Virus record (IMG/VR): IMGVR_UViG_3300017757_000001
Source of the DNA: a virus
DNA length: 64,000 nucleotides
Direction: 5' to 3' (one strand)
The notes under the pieces were generated by a model, which saw only the letters and a program-made list of their open reading frames with translations, did no database searches and had not been told where the DNA came from. This document shows positions 39,728 through 50,200 of the stretch, piece by piece (position 1 is the stretch's first letter; every line of letters begins with the position of its first letter). The position numbers and the translations under genes were made by a program.

Positions 39728-41115
39728 TATGAAATATCAAAATTAACTAATACAGTTGTATCTGAAAATTTAGATATAGGTGTTGGGTTTGATAGTTTAC
39801 CTACAGCTAATAATTGTTTATTATCATCATATAAACCTACAGTAGTTAAGTATGGAGAAAAATAAGATCCAGTCATATCATTTCTATAAGTAGATTGATC
39901 AAATGAAAAATTAGTAAAAGCTTCTGGTTGGAGTTCTAACTGTATTTGAGGATAACCTGCTTGAATCATACCTACGGGTTGACCCGGTGTATAGCCTTTC
40001 CAAGAATTATCTGAATTATTTGGTGTAGAAGGAAAGCCTGCATATTGGACTGTTATTGAATCTAAAGTAAGATTTTGAATTGTACCTCCAACTACTATAG
40101 TTGCTGTAAATTGTGGGCTGACTACATTAGGATCTAAAGAACCACCTGTAAATTGAAATAATAAATCTGTATAAGTACCAGGTGAAAAGTTTACATTACT
40201 TTGAAAATAAGTTATACTTGATAATAAAGCATCTTTTTCTGTTGATAATACTGATTTATTTAATAATGACGTTGGGTTTTGTGTATAGGTAAATTCATTT
40301 TCTCCTGCTGTACATTCATAAGAATGTTCATATAATCTATATGATGATGAATAGAATAAAAAATTATTATCTAATCCTGATGATCCTAATCCACCATCTA
40401 AATAACCATTCATTTCTTTTCCAAAATTTTCTAATCCACCAGATGTAAATGTAATTATACCATGAGAATAAAAAATATTACCTACATATATAACTTTATT
40501 TCCTTGACCTGATAATGATTGAGAATAATATAAATTTCCTTCTCCATCATCTTTTACATCCCATCTTCCTAAAATATTATTCATAGTCATTCCTGATCCT
40601 GTGTATCTCATTTCAAAAGTAGTAGGTACTATATTTTCTCCATATAATTTAGAAGGAATTGAAATAACAGAACATGAAGGGATTGTATTATTATGAAACG
40701 AACTTTGTATGAATCTTACTTGAGGTATAGTAGATTGTAAATAATTTTCATATCTAGGATTAGTTAAAACCCCTACAGTTCTATCTGAATCTATATTTGG
40801 ATCTTGTACTCCTGGGATTAATACAGGTCTTTGGATTGTTGAAACTGGAGTAGAACCTGATGCATCTTGAGAAGATGAAATATAATTAGTATAATACATT
40901 TGTTTTACACTATGGTATACTCCTACTACTGATTTTTTAGATGTTTGACCTGATGTATTGGTTTCATTACCTATGTAAGGCAAATCATAACCTTGATAAA
41001 ATTCTACTTGAGTAGTGGATCCAGTGCACTCATTAGGGGATAATCCAAACCCCTTCATAGCATCAAATGGAGTAATTACTACATCCTTAGTTGTTAATTG
41101 TTTGTATGCTCTCAT
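39727..41115 (-). CDS. Baseplate/tail structural protein (paralogue of 41121-42176)
   Basis: DDGEGNL, GNIFYSHG, EFTYTQNP, PYLTTVGLY..LLAVGKLS-x-P. Confidence 0.65.
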   Translation of the reverse strand: MRAYKQLTTKDVVITPFDAMKGFGLSPNECTGSTTQVEFYQGYDLPYIGNETNTSGQTSKKSVVGVYHSVKQMYYTNYISSSQDASGSTPVSTIQRPVLIPGVQDPNIDSDRTVGVLTNPRYENYLQSTIPQVRFIQSSFHNNTIPSCSVISIPSKLYGENIVPTTFEMRYTGSGMTMNNILGRWDVKDDGEGNLYYSQSLSGQGNKVIYVGNIFYSHGIITFTSGGLENFGKEMNGYLDGGLGSSGLDNNFLFYSSSYRLYEHSYECTAGENEFTYTQNPTSLLNKSVLSTEKDALLSSITYFQSNVNFSPGTYTDLLFQFTGGSLDPNVVSPQFTATIVVGGTIQNLTLDSITVQYAGFPSTPNNSDNSWKGYTPGQPVGMIQAGYPQIQLELQPEAFTNFSFDQSTYRNDMTGSYFSPYLTTVGLYDDNKQLLAVGKLSNPTPISKFSDTTVLVNFDIS

Positions 41116-41120
41116 TCATT

Positions 41121-42176
41121 TTAAAAATCTAACTTAACTCTTACTAACATTTCTTTAGTAAAATCTTTTGGCAATGGTCTTGATAATTTAGCTACTGCTA
41201 ATAATTCATCAACATCATTATATAATCCTACTGTTGTAATATAAGTTTGTGGGTTATTTATAAATGAATTAAATACTACTTCACCTGTTGATCCCGAAAT
41301 AAATGATGGATTTTCAGAATAATTAAATTCACTATTTTGGGCTCTAACAAAAACAAAATCAGAAGATAAAGCTTCTTCACTATTTAAAGTCCAACCTGAT
41401 GAAGCTGAATATGCCATTCTTTGTAAACCTTCAATTACTTTAGCTGGGTTAGTATCATTTGTATTGGAGTTTCTTCCTGTTCCTAACGCTATACCAAATG
41501 AGTTAGCCATAGGAGCATCTAAAGCTGCGCCATTTAATAGTATCATTGATATATCCGGTAAAAACCAACCATATGAACCTGATGCTGATGATGTTCCACC
41601 TGCCCATCCATTAGGATTTTGTGATGTATTAACTGTACCAGCAGAACCTGAAACTAAATTAAATACTCTACCTGCATCTGTAAATGTTACTGATGGAGCT
41701 ACTTTACTATCATCTGTTAATGTTAATTTTGATGTACTTGTAGATCCTGATATTTGGAAGGTTGTTGTTCCAGGAAGTAGTGATTGTTTATATCTAGCTC
41801 TTTCTATTGGTAATGCATAAAAATATGATGCTGAATAGTTACCAAATACAAATGAAGCGTTTTCATCTCCTAATATTAAAGTTCTATATTGACCATATGA
41901 AGTTCTTGAAGGTGAAATTCCAGGAACTAATGCATTATACCACAAACTTCCACTACCTTTAGAATCACAATAAGCTACATCAAATTGTAATGCTGATTCT
42001 GAATTAGATGTTACTAAATTATATACTGAATAATAAAATTGTGCTGTAGTAGTTGCTACTTGTACTGATGAAGTAAAGTATGTTTGTAGTGTTGGATTAT
42101 TATTACTCCATACCGTAGCTGTAACTGAGTCTGTACTTATTACTAAATCTTCTGGTGTTAATGCTTTATATCCCAT
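41121..42176 (-). CDS. Baseplate/tail structural protein
   Basis: EFNYSENP, TYITTVGLY..LLAVAKLSRP. Confidence 0.65.
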   Translation of the reverse strand: MGYKALTPEDLVISTDSVTATVWSNNNPTLQTYFTSSVQVATTTAQFYYSVYNLVTSNSESALQFDVAYCDSKGSGSLWYNALVPGISPSRTSYGQYRTLILGDENASFVFGNYSASYFYALPIERARYKQSLLPGTTTFQISGSTSTSKLTLTDDSKVAPSVTFTDAGRVFNLVSGSAGTVNTSQNPNGWAGGTSSASGSYGWFLPDISMILLNGAALDAPMANSFGIALGTGRNSNTNDTNPAKVIEGLQRMAYSASSGWTLNSEEALSSDFVFVRAQNSEFNYSENPSFISGSTGEVVFNSFINNPQTYITTVGLYNDVDELLAVAKLSRPLPKDFTKEMLVRVKLDF

Positions 42177-42187
42177 TTTTTATTTTT

Positions 42188-42853
42188 TTAAACTGCTGTT
42201 TTTGTTATCATAATTGGTACTTGTAATCTAGCTCCACTATCTCTTCCTACAATTGTTAATGTACCATATAATGTAGTTTGTGTACCAAATAATGTATTTA
42301 CTCCTGTAGCTTGTAATGACAATGTAGTCCCAATTACTGTTTTAGAAACATTAGTTCCCATTGTTTGAGTTGAATTCATTGCTTGTGCTTGCGGAGTATC
42401 TATTCCAGTACCTACAAATCCATTTTCAGACATTAATCTTACATCTGATATTGTAAATGAATAACCTGATGATTCATTACTTGTTGTATTACCTAAATAA
42501 TTTAATGTTGAAGGTGTAATTCCATCTTCATCTAATTGAGGCATCGATATATTAGTTCTAGCTATAGAAATTATAGGCATTTTAGCTGTTCCTCTAGGTA
42601 AAGTAGCTAATTTATATTTCATTACTTGAGTTTCATTAGGAAATGCTTCCATAAGAGGCATATTTTCAATAGCTTCTCCATAGTAAGCAGAGCCAGAGGG
42701 GTGAGTTGGATTATAAAGAGTATAATCTATTTCATCATCTGCTAAAGCAAATTGTGTTATTTTAAAAGAACCATCTCCTTTAGCTAGTAATTCCCTTCCT
42801 TTATTTGTCAAGATAGCATCTACTGTTATTACTTGATTATTTAAATATCCCAT
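42188..42853 (-). CDS. Tail/baseplate protein with a tail-collar-like N-terminus
   Basis: AILTNKGRELLA..ITQFAL-x-D, similar to P2 gpH-type N-termini. Confidence 0.6.
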   Translation of the reverse strand: MGYLNNQVITVDAILTNKGRELLAKGDGSFKITQFALADDEIDYTLYNPTHPSGSAYYGEAIENMPLMEAFPNETQVMKYKLATLPRGTAKMPIISIARTNISMPQLDEDGITPSTLNYLGNTTSNESSGYSFTISDVRLMSENGFVGTGIDTPQAQAMNSTQTMGTNVSKTVIGTTLSLQATGVNTLFGTQTTLYGTLTIVGRDSGARLQVPIMITKTAV

Positions 42854-42872
42854 TATGTTAGTGTATTTTAGT

Positions 42873-42906
42873 TATAAATATATGTATTTTTAATTTTCAC
42901 TCCAAA
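42873..42906 (-). promoter_or_regulatory. Overlapping early-type (TTTGG-N18-ATATATT) and late (ATATTTATA) motifs
   Basis: Both motifs superimposed upstream of 42853. Confidence 0.55.
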
Positions 42907-42924
42907 TTATATTTTTCTTTTTTT

Positions 42925-45900
42925 TTATTTTGAAGGTTTTATATTATCATTCGTAAAGTTTCTTTTAGATTTTAATTGTTTTATTAAAGTCTGTGTGTTT
43001 TTTAATTGTTGTGGTGATAAATCATCTGGTATTAAATATCCATCACCTGTTGGAGTATTTATTCCATATGAACCTGATGGTTGTTTAATATCTACAACTA
43101 CTCTATCATCTGCCTCTACTCTTTTTCTAATAGTAGCAGCAAATATTTGACCTAATGATCCTGATTTATTTGCATTTATTGGTAATTTCAATGTTCTTGG
43201 ATCTGGATGTACTATAAATCTATTTGATTGAAGTCCAGCATCAGCTGGGATTGCACCATAAACAGATGTAGCATATGAAGCAGTATTTAGAAATGATTTC
43301 CAACCAGGTGTAGTACCACCTGATGAGAAATCGTTTGTTGGTGGCCATAAAGATGATGATAAACTATAATTTCCTATAAATTGATTTTGGTAAAATACCA
43401 TATGAGTTGGATCAGTTGCTGAGTAACTAGGTAATAGACTCATTGAAATTTGTACTGCAATACTTCCAGATGAATTATATACACCACTAAAATAAGGGGA
43501 TGTAGGATCAGTTGATTCTAAAATTCTAACATCCATTATAGAACCACTACCTGTTCCTGGCTGACCATCTAAAAAATAATTACCAGATAATCCTGTTCTC
43601 ATAAAAACTTGACCATTAGTAGTACGTTTAGCATGAAAATTATTTGCTGTATAATTACCTACACCTGACATATCTCCTCTACTTTCAGTAGCCATCATTT
43701 GAAGTCTTTTATATAATTCTTCAGCTGAATATATACCTTCTTGGGGCAAAGCTGAACATGTAAACCATTGTGTTTCACCTTGTGAAACCCAATCTGATGT
43801 TGGAACTGCTTCAGTCCATATTGCTGGGGTTGGTTTAAAAATATCTACAACTGTAAAATCTTGATCAATAGTATTAACTTGTTTTGGAGCAGATCCTGTT
43901 GGAGAATATCGATATGTTACTCTAATTTCATCACCTACATCAACTGAAAGTGGTATATTAAAATCTTCGTAAGCTCCGACTTGAGATTCTGAGTAATTAT
44001 ATGAAAATAATTGTTTGGGATCATTAGGATTTTTTAAATTAGGCATTTGTTGATAAAATGCACTATAAGCACTACCTGTATTAAAATAATGAATATCTGT
44101 AGTATTATTAACATTACCAAATTTAATTGTTGGAGTTGAAAAATTTGCTTGAGAAAAAGCTCCTACAGCCCAACCTAGCAAGGCATCATAAGGGTAATTA
44201 TAACCATTAGGGCTTTGTAAATATCCATATGATGCATTACTACCAGTTCCTTCAGACACAAAACCCCCGGATTGTACAAGATTATTAATGTCATTCATTC
44301 CTTGTAAATTAGGACCAACCCAATCATATAATGATGATACATCTTCAAATGCGATAGCAGGACCTTTTAATTCTAATATTCCTAAATCTTCTCCAGAAGC
44401 TGGTTCTTGTAAGAAAGATTGGTTAACTACAATTATAATTTCACCTGTTCCTCCTGGGGATGAAAATGCTGAATTTAATGTTGCTTCGTTAAATGTAATT
44501 GTATCACCTATTTTATATCCTTTACCTAATAAATCTGGGGTATCTATAATATTACCTGAAGAATAATTACTAATTTGTCTAATAAATCCAGCTCCACCAC
44601 CTTGTATTGAAAATTTAAATTTACCTCCAATTCCTGCTCCTGATGTTGAAGAAGGAAGTACAGCAATAGGACTTGTACCAGGTGCACCACCATTATATCC
44701 TGTTGTATTATTTTTAATAACTATATCAGTAGCACCTGTATATATCATTTGACTCCATCCAGCTTTAAATGAATTAGGACAATATTTATAATCTCTTACT
44801 TCAAATAATGCATTATGTTGATTTTGACTACCAATGAACTTTCTTAAACCTTGACGTTCGTCTGGTTGAGCACCACTAATATCATCTATTCTTCCTCCAA
44901 AAATATTTAAACTTTCAGATGCTTCACTTTGATAATTTTTCACTTCAGGAGTATTTCCAAATCCTGTATACCATATAGGGATTGAAAAAGATTGGGTTAC
45001 ACATAATGTTGATGGTGTAATTTGATTTGTAAATTCTGTTTGAAATTCTGTTGCTCCTGCTATAATTTCATTAGATCCTACATTTAAAGCTGTATAATTA
45101 ACAGTTACTTTTGATTCTGAATTTGATAAATCCCAATCAGCAACATCATAAAGAATTGAAGAATTATTATAAACAACACCAACTTTTCTAGTTTCCCAAA
45201 AAGTTGAGGATACATCTAATAAATTTTCATTATTACCATTTAACTGAATGATTTCAGCAGTTGGATTTCTCAATTTTGTTATTGATGATGTTGGAACTGT
45301 TATTAATGAATCTATAGCAAATGTAGTAGATCCAAAATATTGATCTGATTGGTGAGATGTTTTAAAATGAGCAAAATAAATAGGACGATAATCAATTACT
45401 GCTGTTTTACCAAACGATTTATCACCTTCATAACTTCCAGTATTTCCTGACTGAAATTTTATTTTATTTTTCTTTAGTAATTTATTGGATAAAAGTGGGC
45501 TTTTTACTCCTCTAGCATATTTAGCAGGCATTCTAGTTTTTCCTTGAAAACTTGCTGATGGTATCCCTGTATAAAAATTATAATCTACACTATATAATTC
45601 ACATCCATTATATCTTGGATCAATTACTCTTCTAGAAGTATAATTACTATCTGGTACTGCTGCTTTAATTGCTGTATTATCTATAATTTCTACTATGTTA
45701 ACTGGAACTGTTGGTGAAAATGAAAATAAATTAGATGTTTGAATTATACCTGGGTTATTAGTTATACCACCTGTACCTGAAGATACTGATGATGCATTTA
45801 ATTGTGCTTGTGTAAATGTAATTGCTTGACCTGCATAATAATTTTCAGATGCTCCATTATTAGTTGATACCCTTATTGCTTCTACAGATTGGAATGTTCC

Positions 45901-47187
45901 TCCTGCTCCAATTGTTATATCAAATCTACCTCCTGTTCCTATAACACCACCATTAGATGTAACTGTTCCTTCTACATTAGTAAGTACTCCTACATCATAA
46001 CCATTAATTAATCCATTAGGAAGTATTCCATTTGCCCCCACTAAACTTGATGATGGTTTTAATTTGTTAGTAGTTGTACCCCCATCAGCTTGGTTATAAT
46101 CAACATCCATTAAAAATGAACTAGGTCTACCAATTATTGCATTATTTTGTAAAACATCAGCATCACTATATCTAAATGGATTTGAAGTACAAGCTTCTAT
46201 TCCACCTAATGCTCCTCCAGCTTGTTGTGCTAAAGTTTGAGCATTTTGGGATGCTGAATTTTCAAATGCAATTTGTCCTGCTGTTGTATTAAATTTTGGT
46301 GCTATTGAGGTTGAAGGATATGTTAGTGAAAATGTAACATCTTTAATTTCATACATTCTATCTCCAGTTTCAGCGCTTGATTGATACGCTGCTCTAACAG
46401 CAGGCCAATAAGCTGATTGTGAATTAAAATCTGAAGGTTCAAATGTTCCTGATATATGAAAACTTGTCCACATTGCATAAAAAACAGGAACATTTCCAGT
46501 TCCTGAAGATGTTGGACCATCAGATTGAGAAATACCCCAAGAAAACTTTCCCATTTTAGGATCTGTTGATACACCATAAGAAGCAGCATAATGTTCTATC
46601 CAGCTATTTACTACTGATAAATTTGGTTTATTAACTGTTACTAACCCAAAATTCACCGACCAAGGATTTGAATTAGGTCCCATAATTCTATGAGAGCCAG
46701 ATAATTCAAATGTTATTGGAACGTTTGGTGTTCTACCAAAAGTATAAGCACGATTTGAACCAAGGTTTGCCGGGGAGTGAGATTTAAATTCATCAAGTCC
46801 ATTAGATGGAGGAGCTACAGAAGTGTCAGTTAAACTTAAAGTATGCCAAGTATTATTACCAATATTGGTAGTCTTTTCTAAAGTATGAGTTTTTACAGCT
46901 GTTCCATTATTATATGTAAAATTATAATTATCAACTGCTGTTAATTCTACTATTTTATTTGTTGCTCCTGAACCTGGTGATTCATATACATTAACATAAA
47001 AATAATTTTTACCATTTTCATTTCTTGTTTCATAACCAGAAACATAGAATTCTGCAGTAGCTCCCCCTGAACTTAAAAATTCTAAGGGAACTTGTTGTTG
47101 AAGAGCTTGTACTAGTATCGATTCCTCAAATTCAACCCCATTATTATCTCTAGTTGCTATTCTTAATGTTTGTATATTATTTGCCAT
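42925..47187 (-). CDS. Large baseplate/tail-associated structural protein (1420 aa)
   Basis: G/S/T/N-rich, VPDSNYT..PRYNG segment, two inserted beta modules. Confidence 0.65.
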   Translation of the reverse strand: MANNIQTLRIATRDNNGVEFEESILVQALQQQVPLEFLSSGGATAEFYVSGYETRNENGKNYFYVNVYESPGSGATNKIVELTAVDNYNFTYNNGTAVKTHTLEKTTNIGNNTWHTLSLTDTSVAPPSNGLDEFKSHSPANLGSNRAYTFGRTPNVPITFELSGSHRIMGPNSNPWSVNFGLVTVNKPNLSVVNSWIEHYAASYGVSTDPKMGKFSWGISQSDGPTSSGTGNVPVFYAMWTSFHISGTFEPSDFNSQSAYWPAVRAAYQSSAETGDRMYEIKDVTFSLTYPSTSIAPKFNTTAGQIAFENSASQNAQTLAQQAGGALGGIEACTSNPFRYSDADVLQNNAIIGRPSSFLMDVDYNQADGGTTTNKLKPSSSLVGANGILPNGLINGYDVGVLTNVEGTVTSNGGVIGTGGRFDITIGAGGTFQSVEAIRVSTNNGASENYYAGQAITFTQAQLNASSVSSGTGGITNNPGIIQTSNLFSFSPTVPVNIVEIIDNTAIKAAVPDSNYTSRRVIDPRYNGCELYSVDYNFYTGIPSASFQGKTRMPAKYARGVKSPLLSNKLLKKNKIKFQSGNTGSYEGDKSFGKTAVIDYRPIYFAHFKTSHQSDQYFGSTTFAIDSLITVPTSSITKLRNPTAEIIQLNGNNENLLDVSSTFWETRKVGVVYNNSSILYDVADWDLSNSESKVTVNYTALNVGSNEIIAGATEFQTEFTNQITPSTLCVTQSFSIPIWYTGFGNTPEVKNYQSEASESLNIFGGRIDDISGAQPDERQGLRKFIGSQNQHNALFEVRDYKYCPNSFKAGWSQMIYTGATDIVIKNNTTGYNGGAPGTSPIAVLPSSTSGAGIGGKFKFSIQGGGAGFIRQISNYSSGNIIDTPDLLGKGYKIGDTITFNEATLNSAFSSPGGTGEIIIVVNQSFLQEPASGEDLGILELKGPAIAFEDVSSLYDWVGPNLQGMNDINNLVQSGGFVSEGTGSNASYGYLQSPNGYNYPYDALLGWAVGAFSQANFSTPTIKFGNVNNTTDIHYFNTGSAYSAFYQQMPNLKNPNDPKQLFSYNYSESQVGAYEDFNIPLSVDVGDEIRVTYRYSPTGSAPKQVNTIDQDFTVVDIFKPTPAIWTEAVPTSDWVSQGETQWFTCSALPQEGIYSAEELYKRLQMMATESRGDMSGVGNYTANNFHAKRTTNGQVFMRTGLSGNYFLDGQPGTGSGSIMDVRILESTDPTSPYFSGVYNSSGSIAVQISMSLLPSYSATDPTHMVFYQNQFIGNYSLSSSLWPPTNDFSSGGTTPGWKSFLNTASYATSVYGAIPADAGLQSNRFIVHPDPRTLKLPINANKSGSLGQIFAATIRKRVEADDRVVVDIKQPSGSYGINTPTGDGYLIPDDLSPQQLKNTQTLIKQLKSKRNFTNDNIKPSK

Positions 47188-47211
47188 TTATATTTAAATT
47201 ATTCATTTTCA

Positions 47212-50200
47212 TTAAAACCCTACAAAAGGATATGGTTGATTTTTTGCTACTTTTTGAAGTCCTCCTTGATCTACTCCTGAAAAGAATTGAATTTCTCCAG
47301 TATCTGGATTGGAATACCCCATATTTAATACATTTACATCTGAATAACTACCTGATGCAAAATATAAACTATAATCATATAAATTTCCCCCAAATTGAAG
47401 AAAACAATTATCAAATAAAGATTGTGTTGTTGCTGGAATTGAACTACCACTAAATTCTCCATCATAAAATTCATGGGAATTTATTGCTATAAATTTTACA
47501 TCCCCTGCTATGGTAGATTGAGTAAATGGATAAGTTTGTGCAAAATCACTATCTGTTCTATTTACATATCCTTCTTGATAAAAGAAAGCTCTTGCTTTTA
47601 CATCAACACTCATACCTGCAAAAGGTTTAACAAATATTTTAAAATTAGTAATTTGTCCTACCTCAACAGCTTCTGGTGTTATAAAACTGGTTGTAAATTG
47701 ATTAGCGAATATTCCACTTTCAGGAGACATTTCATTTGTTGGAGTAAAACTAATATCTTGATAAGTTGTAGTAAAATCATCTTGAGATGATGACCATCTT
47801 ACATCAACAAAATCAATATCATCATCCTGCTGCACATATAAATCTAATCTAACTCTAGCTTTTACTGATCCTGAATTTACATTATTTAATAATTCATATG
47901 AAGGATTACCTGTACCAGTAGATGTAACATTATTGAACCACATAGATCCAAAATTAGAAAATGATGAACCAGATACTGTTCTAAAACCAGAACCAAATTG
48001 TAAAGGATTATAAACATTATCAGTAAGTGTATCTGTATAATCACCTCCAAAATCCAAAAAGTATTGAACTTCATTAAATACATTAAGTGATCCTCCTGTA
48101 CTACCTGTTATATTAACTATTTGTGGAAGTATTACTCTTGGTACAGAATTAGGATTATTTGGATTAGGATTATAAGCAAATCCATTATTAGGTATACTTT
48201 GAGATAATGCAATATCTATATAATCTATAGGACTATTCCAACTTTCTGAAGGTGATACTACTCCATGAGGTGTTGAACCTGTTTCTGGAGTAACTGCTAA
48301 TTGTGTATGTGAATTAATTGAAGCTGGTACTACCCTACTACGTTCTAATAAATGTTGTTTTATTACTATTCCTGTTGTAATACTTGAACGTGCAGGAACA
48401 TAATTTTTAATTGCTTTAAATAATGAATTATCAAAGTATTTTATTAATCTAAGATAATCATATGGATTTCCTTGAGTATATTTTTCAAAATATATATTAG
48501 CTGTTCGTCTTAATGCTGGATAGTAATCTGGTGCATTTATTCCATAATATAAATTTCTTGGATCTGCTATTGCGTCAGCTATAACTCCAAATCCATATGT
48601 TTGTATAATATCATCATCTACTTCATCTTGAGGTGAAAATGCTACTTCTATTCTATTAATATCTTCAGTATAGCTTCTACTTATTTGATAATCTTGCTGT
48701 ATACTAGTTTCTCTCATTAAAACATTACCATAATATTCTCCATCATCAATTTGGATCTTATTAGTAATTCTATTTCTTACCCCCATTGCAGGTTGATCTA
48801 ATAAATAAGTTTCAACATTAGTTTCACTAAATGTTCTTTTTGAATTATTACCATAATATACTACATAATAATCACTGGATGTATTATTTGTAGATGTACC
48901 ACTACTACCTGATACAAATGATGATGTTGTTAAAAATGCTGCTTCAGGAGCTACAGCAGGGTGTACTGATGTTAAAGGTTCTACATATGAAGTACTTATT
49001 GATGAAGTAAAGAAATGTTCTAATTCATTACCTAATGGTGCTCTAAAATTAACCATTCCAAATGAACTATGGGATCCTGTTATTTCTGTTCCTTCAATTG
49101 ATTCAGGATTCATTGTAAAGTCATGGAATCTTGGTTCATTTAAAGTGAATGGTGAAACTTCTGTCCCCAACCCAAAACGATAATATCTTAATTCTTGAAG
49201 TGATCCTGAAAATATTTTTCCTGGGGCTGTAAATGTTTTAGAACCTGAAACTGCTGAAGGATTTCCTATACGAGTTCCATTTTGAAGTCCTCCTATATAT
49301 AAACCAGAAGCTGAACCTGATTCATTCCATCCCATATCCCATGCAGGCATATAATAATTTAAATTTCCTGGATATGATGCACTTGTAACTAATACAGTTG
49401 AACCTGTAAATCCTACTGCATTTCCATCAAATCCATCATATATTTTATTAGCTGCAGCTAATGTATAATAAAATTTACCACCCGCCATAGTACCTTCAAG
49501 TTTAAACTTTACAGGTGATGTAATTGTTGTCCCCTCATTTGACCCCAATCCATCTAAAATATTTAATATATTTGAACTAATTGTTACAGGTGGTTGTATT
49601 GGGGTTTGGTTTGTAAGTAAAACTACGACTACAACTGGGGTTCCATATGCTTGTAATTTTAATGGACCTCCTCCAATTGCAGCTGCTGAATTAATAGCTG
49701 CTGCAAGATTATTATGTTTAGTTAATCTGGAAGTCATATCACTAAGCCAAACATATTGATTTGTTGTGCCAGATATTAAATCTCCATTTGTTAATCCTGA
49801 AGCTGTGTCTGTTGCACAAATGTATGCTACATTTCCTTGATCATCTTCTATTTTAATAGCTTCTGATGTACCTGGAGCTAATAATCCATACCCTGCAGAA
49901 TTACTAAAAATAAATTGAAGTGAAGGAGTATTATAATCATCTTTTGGACGTGTATGTCCATTTTCTGGGTTATAATATGTTCTTTGTAAGATAACACTCC
50001 ACCAACCTTCATCAAAATATGGTAAATAAATTGGATCTGATTCTACTACTTCATAACCTGAATCTGATCCTGTTCCAAGTGAAGATGAAACAGCAAATGT
50101 TAATTCAGCCCAAAGTCTATAATCACTATCTGATGATCCAGAATATGATCCTGATGTTGAACCTGTATAATTTAAATTAATTGAAAAATCAGTTAATCCA